A stretch of DNA of 64,000 nucleotides from Octopus vulgaris (GCA_951406725.2 OX597815.1:161882001-161946000); one strand, 5' to 3'. Positions 38,441-51,850 are shown, counted from the stretch's first letter. Numbers and translations: made by a program. The notes: generated by a model from the sequence alone, not told the origin.

Positions 38441-39194
38441 TATATGATACACATGCATATATATACACACTCATATATATATATACACATATATGTGCAC
38501 GTGTATATGTGTGTATTCATACACACATACACACATAATTGTGTAGACTTACATACATACACAGCTATAAATATGGTTTCAAGATTACAATGCAAATTTT
38601 GATGCTTTGGGTCTACTAAATATGTATCCAAAATTGGATATTTGCTGCTTACAAATGGGTTTAATTCCTTCCGGGCAAGCATATCTGAAGAGTAGAAAAC
38701 ATTTGTTATCTATTCCATAAATATTATTGCTTTTTGTTTAGCATCTGTCTGGTTTTTTATATATACATACATACATACATGCATACACACATACACACAC
38801 GTGTGTGTATAAGTGGGTACCTGTTATCATGATAATGGTAATATGCTATTACCAGAATGAGACTAACTATACTTGGAATAGAAGCAATTTATTTATATTC
38901 TTTATGGTTTACTCAAGTCAGAATCTTTCCAGCTCTTTCCCTTCTTACATCAAATTCTATCTTGGTAATACATGAGTCCTCCATAACCTGCATAACAGTG
39001 ATAGGACTTCATTTTAAGACAGAGTTATTTGTTGATTAGCACAACATCTTTGTTGCATCAATAGGCTGTGTGGTTAAGAAGTTCATTTTGCAGCCACATG
39101 GTTTCAAGTTCAGTATATATTACATACATATGTATATATACATGCATCCGTACATATCTACATACATACATAAATACATACATGCATACATACA

Positions 39195-39230
<36 letters not shown>

Positions 39231-39267
39231 TAATATATATAGATATATATAGATATACATACATACA

Positions 39268-39313
<46 letters not shown>

Positions 39314-39361
39314 TACATACATGCATACATACATACATACACACATACACACATACATACA

Positions 39362-39395
<34 letters not shown>

Positions 39396-40149
39396 CATAT
39401 GCCAGATCAGACTGGAGCCTGGTGCAGCATCCTGGCTTCTCAGACCCCAGTCGAACCATCCAACCCATGCTAGCATGGAAAACGGACGTTTAACGATGAT
39501 GATGATGATGGTATATATCTAATGGAGATGTGCTTGCATAGCAAGTGACCTGATCTGTGATCGTGTGCTGAAACAAAAACAATTGCAGTGAGGAAGGTGT
39601 TTATAAGCCATTTAAAAAAACGCGCAAAAACCATTAGATTCACTTCAACATTTAAATTTAATTTGCCAAAATATTTTCATCGCTTTGAGACCTTGACCTG
39701 ATCACAGACAAAATTCCATGCTGCATCTTGATTAATATATACATAAACATATGTATACATATGTTTATGTATACATACGGAAGTTCTTGTTGAACTTGTT
39801 GACAAACAACAGCAGTAATTGTATTCACCTCAATAGACGTCATTGATTGGTTGAAATTGCCAAAATACAAGAATTTAAATAAGAAATAGCTTACAGACTA
39901 CAGAATGTTCTCAAGAACGCCAAGAGAAAAAGATGTTTTATGTGACACATTCTACCAGTATACAAAGTTTAAAAGTGTTTAGTTACTAAGAAATTATTTT
40001 TTAAATCTGCCGGTCAAAGTGAAAAGATCCCTGAGTTATTTTACAAAATTCTTTGTTATATTTAAAGTAATTGAAAGAAACACAGAGCATCTCAAAATCA
40101 ATTCAGTAATGAACGAAAGGGTTAAACCTGAGAAAAGTCATGTGTTGTT

Positions 40150-40900
40150 TTATTGCTCTGCTTCCAGATTGTATTTGTAATGTGCGAATTATTTGGATGA
40201 TTTATTTTTCTGAAAATCCAAGCTTATCCAGACTGACAGTTAGGCATTTACTTACAAAACCAAGTGTGCCAATTATTATTGGTATAAATGTGAATTGCTA
40301 ATCTGAATACAGAAGCTGGATGTTTCAAAGCAGTTGTCCACAGTTATCTTCTTTCTCTTTGCTATTCAACGATATATTCACATCAACAGGACAGTTGACC
40401 TCTATGACAATTTATACATTTTTGTCAGTCCCAGACAACAATATCCGGCCTTGCATGCTTACACTTGACAGATGTTTAAATGTGAATATTCCACCAGTAT
40501 TCCTTGTGCTGCTATTTGTGTACATATTCAATAACAGGGGGATTCTCTATATTTATTCCGGAACAGTCTTTTGCCCAGATGGCATTGTATATTGTTTTTG
40601 CGATTATGTCCTGTTGCATAGGAAGATAGTACTTTGATGATAATTTGGGGCAGCCGCTGAACTCGTTAAAGTCAACCGTCATCCAATAATACTGTGCAAA
40701 CAAGTTTTTTTCCTGCTGTTTCTCATGGACAGCAGTAGTTGCTTCAGCAATCACTAACAAACTGGCAACTTTGGTCCAGAAAACACTATGACTGTGTGGA
40801 GGATTGACATGTTTTCAACAATGGACAGGCACAACAGGTTCAGTTGGGATGGTGTACCACATTACTGGAAGTGAGTGATGCCAGTCCTAGTTAGGACATT
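40150..40900 (-). pseudogene. R4/Dong-like LINE 3' fragment (zinc knuckle and RLE region)
   Basis: SGCPKLSSKYYLPMQQDIIAKTIYNAI, followed by a decayed HxRPDIV-type motif and QLLYSD..F..IIIG. Confidence 0.75.
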
Positions 40901-41364
40901 ACTCTAGGACAGGGGTCACCAAACTGAGGCAGGGGTCACTAAGCTGCAACACAGTGGGACTGAACCTAGAACCATGTGATTGGGAAGAAAGCTTCTTACC
41001 ACACAGCCACGCCTGCACCTATATATATATATATATATATATACGCAAAACATTCAAACACAGATTTGAAATCAGGTGTCACTACTGTTCATATCATCTG
41101 TGGATAAATATTAAAATTTCAAAATATCACCAGCAGTAACATAGGTGGATCGCAGGTGCAATAGCATTAAATAGCTATGAATTATAAATTTGTACGAAGT
41201 GTAAGGATGCCTAACAAGCATCCACCTGCTAGAAATAAGAGCTAAAGTCTTAAATGTATCCATTGTACTGCACCAAGATAACAGAGAAAAACAGTATGCG
41301 AGGAAAAAAGAAAGGATTAAAACATTTAAGAGCACAAATAAAAATATTATGCAATTAAGGATAT

Positions 41365-41419
41365 CCACCAACCATATTTCGGCTTCTGAGTATTTAAAGC
41401 CTGAGCCTCATCAGTGTGG
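41365..41419 (-). ncRNA. Type I hammerhead-like motif, intact core, weak stem III
   Basis: ccaca-CUGAUGA-ggcu[19 nt]agcc-GAAA-uaugg-UU-ggugg. Confidence 0.55.
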
Positions 41420-41542
41420 CTTACAGGGTCACAATCCATAACTGTCATGTTAAATTCTGACTGTGCAACTGGTTTTGTTTTGCACCAAAAACAAGGCACA
41501 TCGTGCATAAAATTTTATAAGCAAAACATTCAAACACTGAGA

Positions 41543-41588
<46 letters not shown>

Positions 41589-41589
41589 G

Positions 41590-41815
41590 TAAATGTTTCC
41601 TTCTCAAGCTGTGCCAGGCTCATAAGGGCCGGTTTCCTGGTTTCAGTGGCATATATATTCCCCATCTGGATGGGACGCCAATCCGTTGCAGGATTACTCA
41701 TTTTTGCTGGCTGAGTAGACTGGAGCAATGTGAAATGAAGTGTTTTGCTCAAGAACACAATGCATCACCGGGTCCAGGAATTGAAACCACAATCTTACGA
41801 TCATGAGTCCAACAT
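41590..41815 (-). mobile_element. tRNA-derived SINE, group C
   Basis: Reverse complement of 20880-21110. Confidence 0.8.
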
Positions 41816-41821
41816 ACCTAT

Positions 41822-41883
<62 letters not shown>

Positions 41884-41904
41884 GTAAGACCTGACAAATA
41901 ACAT

Positions 41905-42396
41905 AAGTTCATGGCTGTTTCCTGCACCAGCTTCACATAGCAGCCCCAGCCCATCCAAAGTACCTTGGATCACAGGACAGCCTGCTGTGCTTACCTTGGA
42001 TCATAGGGCGACCTGCTGTGTTTGAGGAGACCTATTGAGTCAAGTACATCAACATGAAAATAAAAATCAAATGGAAATTGTAGTTGTGATACCTGTGCCG
42101 GTGGCACATAAAAAGCACCATCTGAACGTGGCTGATGCCAGTGCTGCCTTGACTGGCTTCCGTGCCAGTGGCACATAAAAAGCACCAACCAATCGTGGCC
42201 ATTGCCAGCCTCTCCTGGCACATAAAAAGCACTCACTACACTCACGGAATGGTTGGCATTAGGAAGGGCATCCAGCTGTAGAAACATTGCCAGATCAGAC
42301 TGGAGTCTGGTGCAGCCTTCTGGCTTCTCAGACCCCGGTCGAACCGTCTAATCCATGCTAGCATGGAAAACGGACGTTAAACGATGATGATGATGA

Positions 42397-42400
<4 letters not shown>
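41905..42400 (+). mobile_element. RTE-type LINE 3' UTR with repeated pseudoknot motifs and (GAT)n tail
   Basis: Colinear with 54050-54475 and 59576-59883. Confidence 0.85.
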
Positions 42401-42434
<34 letters not shown>

Positions 42435-43126
42435 GAAAACTTAATTTTTTTAATATATATATCAAACTTATTACTTACCCTTAAATAAAATGAAAGCAGG
42501 TAAAAAAAAATTTATCTTTCCGCATATTGAAAAATGTAGGTGCTAAAGGATTAGACAAAACTTCAATGGTAACCTAATCACCTATTGGGTCTTTGAAACT
42601 GTGCATTTAAGTTTAGGTTACTGAAAAGCATTTTATATATATATATATATATATGTATATAAAAATGGAATATTTTATTGACTCATTAATTTTTGATTTC
42701 CGTCATTCATCTATAGAGCAGAATTTTAAAATTGGTTGGCAATAAAGATTAGCCCACTAAATTTTTCTTTTATTTTTATTTTATACATATTAATACTTCT
42801 CCCACTCTAGTAATATTGACATTAATGGTTGTTCATAAAATAAAATTAAGGAAATATAACAGTAATTATTTCAAATTAGCACATAACCAACAAGCCACAA
42901 TTATCATTGCTGCCAACCACCAACCACAAAAATACCAACAATTATGGCATTAATAATAATAATAATGATGATGATGATGGTGGTGGTGGTGGTGGTGGTG
43001 GTGATGATGATGATGATCAAAACATCAAAAACTAACAATGAAGTGTCAATATGGCTGACATATGATCTATTGGAGTGATGGATTAAATTTGACTGAGAAA
43101 ATAAATAGCTATTATTCTTATTATTA

Positions 43127-44010
43127 AGGCAGTGAACTGGCAGAAATCATTAACATGCTGGGCAAACTGCTCAACAGCGTTTCTTATGGCTTGACATTCT
43201 GTTTTAAAATTCTGCTGAAGTCAACTTTGTTTTTCATTCCTTTTGGGACCAATAGGATTACATAGCAACTGAGTACTGGGATTAATGTGATCAACTTATC
43301 CCATCTCCCAAAATTTCAGGCCTTGGTGCCTATACTAGAAAGAATTGTTGTTGTTATTATCATTATTATTATTATTATTGTTATTATTGAGTAAGGCTGT
43401 GATCTGGCAGAATTGTTAGCACGGCGGATGAAATGCTTAGCGGTATTTCATCTGCCGCTACGCTCTGAGTTCAAAATCTGCCAAGGTCAACTTTGCCTTT
43501 CAGTTTCAGGTCGATTAAATAAGTACCAGTTATGCACTGGGGTCGATATAATCGACTTAATCCGTTTGTCTGTCCTTGTTTGTCCTCTCTGTGTTTAGTC
43601 CCTTGTGGGTAGTAAAGAAATAGGTATTTCGTCTGTCTTTACGTTCTGAGTTCAAATTCCGCCGAGGTCGACTTTGCCTTTCATTTTTTTGGGGTCGATA
43701 AATTAAGTAGCAGCTACACACTGGGTCGATGTAATCGACTTAATTCCTTTGTTTGTCCTTGTTTGTCACCTCTGTGTTTAGCCCCTTGTGGGCAATAAAG
43801 AAATAGGAATTGTTAGCATACCGGGAAAAATGTGTAGTGGCATTTCATCTGCTACTACGTTCTGAGTTCAAATTCCACCGAAGTTGACTTTGCCTTTCAT
43901 CCTTTCAAGGTGGATAAATTAAGTACCAGTTGTGCACTGGTGTCGATCTAATCGACTGGCCCCTTCCTCTTAAATTTTAAGCTTTATGCCTATAAAAGAA
44001 AGGATTATTA
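43127..44010 (+). mobile_element. Cluster of nested and tandem SINE family B units
   Basis: Four B-type units. gaattgttagca is repeated at ~43410 and ~43807, consistent with a nested insertion. Confidence 0.85.
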
Positions 44011-44014
44011 TTAT

Positions 44015-44530
44015 AGAGTGAGAGAGCAGTGCATGCCATCAAAGTGACACTCAGGTGTCACTTTAACGAAGCCCAGTATACCCATCATGATTACCCATCT
44101 GATAAGGGTAAATAAATTCTGATAAGATAAATAGTGCATGACGTTCAGCTGGGGTCCGTTTACAATTTTCTTCAGGTCGAGTAGCCTATCCCACTCAAAA
44201 GGTCTCTGAATAAGGGTTGTTTAAGGATATTGAACGAAATACCCTCGTTTCCAAAGGTGAATTATCCAAACTCCAAAGAATTCCTCTCAACACATGGCTA
44301 TGATGCTCCCCCACTACTTCTGCTCGTGATCAGAGATGCACATATTGTCAGCCACCAAGGGACATGCTCAACTGGTTAAGGTCAAACAACTGACAAGCAA
44401 ATCTGGTATTGAGCAGAATATTTGCTGTAGCTCATCTTTTATACCAAGACAAAACATGTACATGATAACACTTCCAATCAGTTAAGATCAGAAGCCATCA
44501 GAGTCACTGCCTGTTACTGCATCAGGGCAG
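44015..44530 (-). mobile_element. Unclassified interspersed retroposon-like repeat
   Basis: Ends in (TAA)n on the minus strand; an internal part recurs at 60095-60200. Confidence 0.55.
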
Positions 44531-45960
44531 TATTATTATTATTAATACCTCTCCCTTAGCAATGGTGGAGGTATTATTTTCAGTCATATTTATTTTTTTG
44601 TTTGTTTAACTATGGACAAGATATCTCAAGAACTGCTGGATGGATTCAGATGAAACTTTCAGGGATGTTTGGCCTTGTGACTAACACAAACTGATTAGAT
44701 TTTGAGATCGATCTGGTACCAGACAAGGATTCTGGATTACTTTTTATTATATTTTCTTTACATCGTTTCACAGTTTTCTTGTACATGCAAACACTTACAC
44801 ACATATAATCACACATTTTCAACATTGAACATTGCCATCCCATTTCCATTGTACACTCACACACACAAACATACCCCTCTTACACATGCAGATACTCACA
44901 CTTCAAACACTGTTTATTGCCTTTTTCACTACTTTCTTCATTATTCATCTACCGGTATTTCGCCTGGTGCTGCATTCTGGGTTTAAATTCCATTGAGATT
45001 GACTTTACCATTCATCCTTTCAGGATTCATAAATTCATAAATTAAGTATCAGTGAAACTCTGGGGTCAATGTAATCAACTATTGTTATTATCATCATCAT
45101 CGTCGTCGTCGTCGTTGTTGTTGTTGTTGTTGGTGGTGGTGTTGGTGGTGGTTGTTTTGTTATTAGGGCAGTGAGCTGGCAGAATCATTAGCATGCCAGG
45201 AAAAACACTTAGCAGCATTTCATCCATCCTTACATTCTGAGTTCAAATTCTACCAAGGTCGATTTTGCCTTTTTGTTCTTTTGGCATCAATAAAATAAGT
45301 ACCAGCTGTGCACTGGGGTTAATGTAATTGACTTACCACTCCCTTGAACTTGCTAGCCTTGTGCCAAAATTTGAAACCGTTATCTTTATCATTATTGTTG
45401 TTGTTGTTGCTGTTGTTGTTGTTGATGTTCTTGTTCTTGTTATTCCTCTTCATCCAGCCAGCTAAAATTACTCTGTTAAATCTCATCAAGAATTGTCTTC
45501 CAGTTACACGTTTCTCAATGTTTCTTTTCTTTATACAAGGTTATTGACATTAATTAAAGAACTTGCTTTGGTTACAAGAAGATAAGAGGTATAATGGAAG
45601 CCAGACTAATATAAAAAAACACAAATATAAAGTATAACTCTTTAGATGTTTTTTTTCATTTTGTCTGAATTCTTATTCAGGAAATGCACAGAGGATTACT
45701 TGGTGACGACATGCATGTCTGGTGAAGAAGTTTGATTCATAACCATGTTTCTCAGTTTAAGTGTCACAGCACTGCACATGGGACAAGAATATTTTTGCCA
45801 TAGACTGAGATTGATGAAAACCATGTGAAGGGGCTTTGGCAGGTGTAACCTGTGAAGAAGGCTGTCAAATAGATACATACACAGATACATACACACATAT
45901 ACACATGCACACACACACACATATATACATACATAATACATACATACATATGTACATACA

Positions 45961-46006
<46 letters not shown>

Positions 46007-46159
46007 CAGAGAGAGAGAGAGAGAGAGAGAGCTATAGAAACTCTGCCAGATCAGATTGGAGCCTGGTGCAGTCATCTGGTTCGCCAGTCCTCAGTCAAAT
46101 CGTCCAACCCATGCTAGCCTGGAAAGCAGACTTTAAATGATGATGATGAGGATTTTATA

Positions 46160-46198
<39 letters not shown>

Positions 46199-46355
46199 CA
46201 AAAGGATGTGTTGTAATACTATTCAACAGATACAGAAACAGCAATACCAACAACCCAGCATACCTCCATCATCAGCTGCCCCACAGATATCATTATGGTT
46301 TCGACCCTTGGACAGTACCATTCAATCTGGTGGTGTCAACAGCACTAAAATAAGT

Positions 46356-46571
46356 GTTGTTGGGGAACAAACATACCAAAGAAACCACAACTTTCAAACA
46401 CATTTACCCTATGTACAACCGTATCAGTAAATAAATTCAAAAAGTAAAGTACAACCTACTGCAGTTGTTGGGGAACAAACATACCAAAGAAACCACAACT
46501 TTCAAACACATTTACCCTATGTACAACCGTATCAGTAAATAAATTCAAAAAGTAAATTACAACCTACTGCA
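46356..46571. repeat. Tandem duplication, 2 x 108 bp
   Basis: Units start at 46356 and 46464 and differ at one position by eye. Confidence 0.95.
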
Positions 46572-46861
46572 AAATATGTAACTAAACAGTGACCAGTCCA
46601 TTAAGTCATACAAAAATTATATTCCCTACCATCTTCCATTGTATAACATAAAAATATATATACACTTTTATTAAAGCTGCAAAATCTTCACAAAACTGTT
46701 ACTCAGAGTTTCACATTCCCATATGTCAGGCAACTGTATCTATCACAACTATCCGACAAATGGAAGAGTTTTGTGAAGATTTTGCAGCATATTAATCTAT
46801 CTTAGGTATTTTCCCCCTTGTGTTACAGTTATGTGCTTACTCAAGTGTGTGTGTGTGTGTG

Positions 46862-47182
46862 TGTTATAATGTAGATCCTCGTCTACTTGTATGTTGTCAG
46901 CACTATAATATTCGTGTCGCCACAAATATGTTGTAGCAGTATTCCACATATTATCTTTGACTTGTCTATTGTGCTATTGCTGATAGCTCCACAAGACAAT
47001 GACTTTGAAACGTCTACCTTGACAGTAACTCAAATTCATATATATCATGAAACTGACGCTGACTCTGAGAACTTGTACAACAACTCTACTACTACTGACC
47101 TCCTACAACTCACTGTCTGACTTTATAGTGGCTGGTTCATACCACTTTTTCACATGGGAAGGAGAGTACCATTTTCACTACA
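46862..47182 (-). repeat. 3' LTR of the Gypsy element
   Basis: tgttataatg...cactaca, homologous to 51535-51829. Confidence 0.9.
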
Positions 47183-47639
47183 TCTCTTTTATTTTTTTTG
47201 TGGGGGTAAGCAAGTAATTCTATTTTAGTTTATTCACCCCTCCTCTCTTTTTACTGATTTTTTCCAACTTAATATTTTTTCTTTTGGTATCTATTTGTAG
47301 GAACTCTATGTTCTTCCTTTTTTCCCACTTGTATGCATGGGTTCAACCACCTATAACAGTGTTGGTACCTGGAATGTGTCAAAGCTTTTCTGCAGGTTCT
47401 TCTAATCTGTCTGGTTCCTTTTCTATGAATATCTTCTTCAATTGGTTTTTGTGTCTTTTTTCAATACCTTTTCTGTTTTAATTCCATACATCATTTTTCC
47501 CTATGTACTTTGTAAATTTTCATTCTTCCCAGGATTGTTTTCCATTTTTGTATAAACTCATGTACACCTTATCACCAATTTTGAAAAATTTATGGTTGTC
47601 TTTCCTGGTACTTTTTCTTTCCTTGCCAGTTTATCAAAA

Positions 47640-50470
47640 ACTGATTTCACCTTCCTCATGAACCTTCCTGCTGGTGTATTCAGATGTCACCCCATACACT
47701 CTTAAGAATTGCTGTACAGTGACTTCATCTGTAACTTTCTTGTTTGCTTTTCTCAAAGCTCTTTTAAAAATGTCCACAAAATGCTCTGACTGTCCATTTG
47801 ATTTGGAATGGTAAGGCATTATCATTTTATGTTCTACCTTGAACATTTCACAGAATTTTCTAAATTCACTAGACACAAATTGTGTTCCATTAATCAGATA
47901 CAATCATGTCTACGAGGCCAAATCTTGTGAATAATTCGTGCAAAAAATTTATTACTGTTTTAGAGGTTGGTCTTTTGCACTTAACAATTTCTGGCCATTT
48001 TGTAAAACTGTCAACTGCAACTGAGTAGTAATAACCATTTAAGGCAGCGAGCTGGCAGAAATGTTATCATGCCAGGCGAAAAGCTTAGCAGTATTTTGTC
48101 TGCCATTACGTTCTGAGTTCAAATTCCACTGAGGTCGACTTCGCCTTTCATCCCTTCGGGATCAATAAATTAAGTACCAGTTACGCACTGGATCGATGTA
48201 ATTGACTTGATCCCTTTGTCTGTCCTTGTTTGTCCCCTCTATGTTTAGCCCCTTGTGGGCAATAAAGAAATAAGTAATAACCATTTAACAGACCTGGAAA
48301 ATCAGTATGTAGTCTCAACCATGGACTTTTTACTTTTGGCCAGGACTCCCATTTTTTGGTAGGCAATTTCACAGCCAGAGCACATCCTCTGCAGCTTTTA
48401 CTACGTTTTCAACTTCCTTGTCCATCTTCAGCCAATACACATAACTGCACATGAGTGCTTTCGTCCTTTCGATCCCCAGATGTCCAATATGGAATTCTTT
48501 CAGTATACCATCATATATTGAATTTATGTTTACCTGTTGCTGTTTTTTCTTACCAAACCTACTTTTATTTTCTTTAGCTGACCACAGAGTTTTTCTGTTT
48601 CATTAATGAACTTACCTTTTGATGCGTTTCATTTTATCTCCTCCAGAATTACTGGTTACTCCCGAACAATGTTTCACATTATGTGTTTAAGTTCCCCTTC
48701 AGATTTTAGGGCTGTTATTACTGTGTCCTCAAATGGTTTGCCATTTTTGGGTATTAATCTGGATAGGCTGTCAGCATGTCCTAGCTTTTTCAAAGGTAAA
48801 TATTTCATTGTGTATTCATAGTTTAGAAGTATGGTACCCCATCGCTGGAACCTGTTTGCTGTATGTACTAGGATTCCTCTCTTGGATCCATAAATCGTTA
48901 GCAATGGGTGATGGTCTGTTTGTAGTATAATCTGTCTACCATGTATAAACCTGTAGAACTTTTTTATACCAAATATAATCACCAATGCCTCTTTTTCAAT
49001 TTGGCTGTAATTTTTTCACACTGGCAATAGTGTCCTTGATGCATGAGCTATGGCCTTTTGGCTGCCATCTTTACATTTGTGTAGGAGTATGGCACCTACC
49101 CTGTACTCACTAGCATCTGTTGCCAGCATCATTTCCAACTTCAGATAAAAGTGTGTAAGTGACAAATCTGAATTTAACATGCTTTTTAGTTCCTCAAATG
49201 CCTTCCGGCATTTTTCTGACTAAAACCATTTGGCATCCTTTTTAACAGCTCATTTAGTAGAGCCCTTGTGTTGTGTATGTCCGGGATATATCCTTGATAG
49301 TAGTTTACCAATCCTAAAAATACTCATAACAATTTGACATTTGTTGGGGGAGGCATATTCTATATTGCCATCACCCTTGATGGGTCTGGCCTTTATCCCC
49401 TTTAATCAATTTCTTGACCTAAATATTTGATTTTTTTCATAAAAACTCACACTTTTTCTCTGTTAGTTTAAACCTGTATTCATTTATTTTTTCAAATACT
49501 TTTTTAATATGTTCAAAGTGTTGCTCCACTGACTCACTCTTTATCAAAATATCAAGATAAGCAATAACGAAATCACAATCAATTAACATTGCATCCATCA
49601 CTTGTTGGAATATGGCAAGTGCCACTTTTACTCCAAAACGAAGCCACTTGAATTTATATAATCCACGATGTGTGTTGATTGTTAAAAGATGTGCACCATC
49701 TTCCTCCACCTGTATCTGTAGATAGGCCTCTGAGAGGACTAACTTTGAAAACATTTTTCCTCCATTTAGTTTTGAGAACACTTCTTCTGGGCTTGGTAAT
49801 GGATAGTTGTGTTTGACTAAGCAGTCATTTAATCCACACACACTCTTAGTTTTTTTTTTTTTTGTTTCTTTACACATACTGTCAGAGCTGCCCAGTCTGA
49901 ATGGTCAACTTTTTCAATTATATCTAGACTATCTAGTCTTTCCAGCTCTTTATTGACATGATCTAACACTGCAAATGGTATGTTTCATTTGGGCCTAAAA
50001 GCAGGTGTTACCTTTTCTTTTACTGCAATCCTCATTTTTGTTTTAGTGCAACAGCCTAATCCTTCCCCCCCCAAAAAAACACTTGGAAACAATTTAAAAA
50101 TTTTTTGTCTCTTTTGTTCACCTTCATTCGAACTTTTAACCATACCGACTACATTTTCACAGAGAACACTAATGGGAGTATCCCACATTTTAAATAACTC
50201 CATGCACTCTGCGCCAAATAGGCTTAGTGATTTTTCCAACACATAAATGATTGTCCTTTTGTTTCACTTCAGAAAGTTACATTGCAAATACATTCACCAA
50301 TGGAATATAGTTTCTTTTCTGTAACACAATATACTACTTTATTTGATTTAAATAATTTTGGCTCACCAATTTGTCGCCATGTTTCTTCATTTATGATACT
50401 AATAGCACTACCCGTTTCTAATTGCATTTTGACAGTTTCAATTTTCACTTTGACAAATTTTCTGTTCATT
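47640..50470 (-). pseudogene. pol: pol (protease, RT, RNase H, integrase), frameshifted
   Basis: MQLETGS (decayed LDTGS), YPLPSPEE..FSKL..AYLQI..TINTHRGLYKF..FGVK..YLDI, ATDASEYRVGA, YSQIEKEAL, TDHHPL, HIGHLG..YVYW, WLRLHTDF, NGTQF..PYHSKSNGQSE. Confidence 0.95.
48043..48272 (+). mobile_element. SINE family B inserted in the Gypsy integrase
   Basis: 16-bp target-site duplication agtaataaccatttaa at 48027-48042 and 48273-48288. Confidence 0.92.
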
Positions 50471-51380
50471 GTATATAAACTTTTTTCTCTGATGACAAAC
50501 TATTTATTTTTTCTTGTCTGGTCCAATTTTCTGTCTTAGTTCTGCAGTGCGATTTAATGTGACCTGTGTTCCCACAATGAAAACACTTTGCTTCTTTGAA
50601 TCGACACTCTTTTCTCGGGTGCCTACATAGGTTTATCTCCTGTTGTATATCGTATTTTTTGTGAAACACTTAATCCATCTTCCGACTCTTCTACACTGAT
50701 TTTATCTGTAAACAATCTCTGCGTTGGATTTCTTCTGTGTTGTGCCTTACTTTTAATATCATATCGCACGCTTCTGACAGCTTCTGGAGATTATATCCGG
50801 GGTCATTTCCAACTTTGCGAGAATTTTTGTTCTGACTTCTATGTCCTTTTTAGCAGTAAGTCCCTGAACAAAATTCAGGCACCTGAATGAGTCTGGATTT
50901 AGTTTATCCAGTTTAAATCTCTTGCACTCTCTGTTCGCTCTACCCACACATGTGGTAAAGTCTTCATCATCACTTTCTCAGTGTTCAAACACTTCCAATG
51001 TGCTATGTTTTATCACTAAGCATTCTACATAAAATGTCAATTGTGTCCATGAAATTTACGTCAGAAACATTTTTAGGCAATATAAAGTTACAGTTTCCTC
51101 AGAACAGATGTTTTCATTTCGTCTATCCAGTCTTGGCATTCTTTTTCGAAAATTTGTTCAAATCTTCTACAATATGCCTCAAAAATGACTCCTTCTTATG
51201 TTTCATATCTAAATTCATTTATTGAATTTGCCACATCATCTGCTGAAAACGTATTTTCTGGTTTTGTTACCAACTTCATTAGTTGTAGCATTTGTTGATG
51301 TAACATTTGTTGTTGTTCTTTGAATTGTTACTGTTTGTCGTTTTTGCAACTCAACTAGAATCTCTAACGAATTTTCCATA
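50470..51380 (-). pseudogene. gag: gag with CCHC zinc knuckle, frameshifted
   Basis: HPRKECRFKEAKCFHCGNTGHIKSHC and FRCLNFVQGL..EVRTKILAKLE. Confidence 0.85.
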
Positions 51381-51534
51381 ATTTTACAAATTTTTTGTAA
51401 AATATGTACAACAAAATTATTTGTTACTCCTCTGTTTTTTATCAATGTCATCTGCTTAAATTGTTTTCCCATGAATAAACAATTTTTTTTTTTCCAACGT
51501 TGTTCACTTGAATTGTTTATGTCCATGTCGCCAC

Positions 51535-51829
51535 TGTTATGATGTGGATCCTCATTCACTCGTATGTTGCTGTCGGCATCGTAATATTCGTGTCACCACA
51601 TTTATGTTGTGGCAGTATTCCACTTATTATCTTTGACTCATCTATTGTGCCTTTGCTGGTACTCTGCAAGACAATGACATTGAAACATCTACCTAGACAT
51701 TAACTCAAACTCTTATATATAAGGTAACTAACACTGACTCCAACTGAGAACTCATACAATGACTCTACTACAATTGAATTCCTATAACGACTGACCATGT
51801 GACTTCATATTGACCACTTTGCCACTACA
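51535..51829 (-). repeat. 5' LTR of the Gypsy element
   Basis: tgttatgatg...cactaca, preceded on the plus strand by catgtcgccac (primer-binding site on minus). Confidence 0.9.
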
Positions 51830-51850
51830 CCAGTATATATATTTTTTTCA

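Larger units (their letters stand above)
46862..51829 (-). mobile_element. Full-length decayed Ty3/Gypsy LTR retrotransposon (Mag-like)
   Basis: Two TG...CA LTRs (46862-47182 and 51535-51829), primer-binding site TGGCGAC next to the 5' LTR, purine tract next to the 3' LTR, and gag-PR-RT-RH-IN gene order. Confidence 0.95.

Noticed and set aside
38675-38735. CUGAAGA followed by a gtaga/tctat stem
   Set aside because: GAAA is absent, so it is not counted among the ribozyme motifs.
44545-44780. Hairpin-initiated repeat resembling Helentron-associated elements
   Set aside because: Only one end is visible and there is no second copy in the window, so the class cannot be supported.
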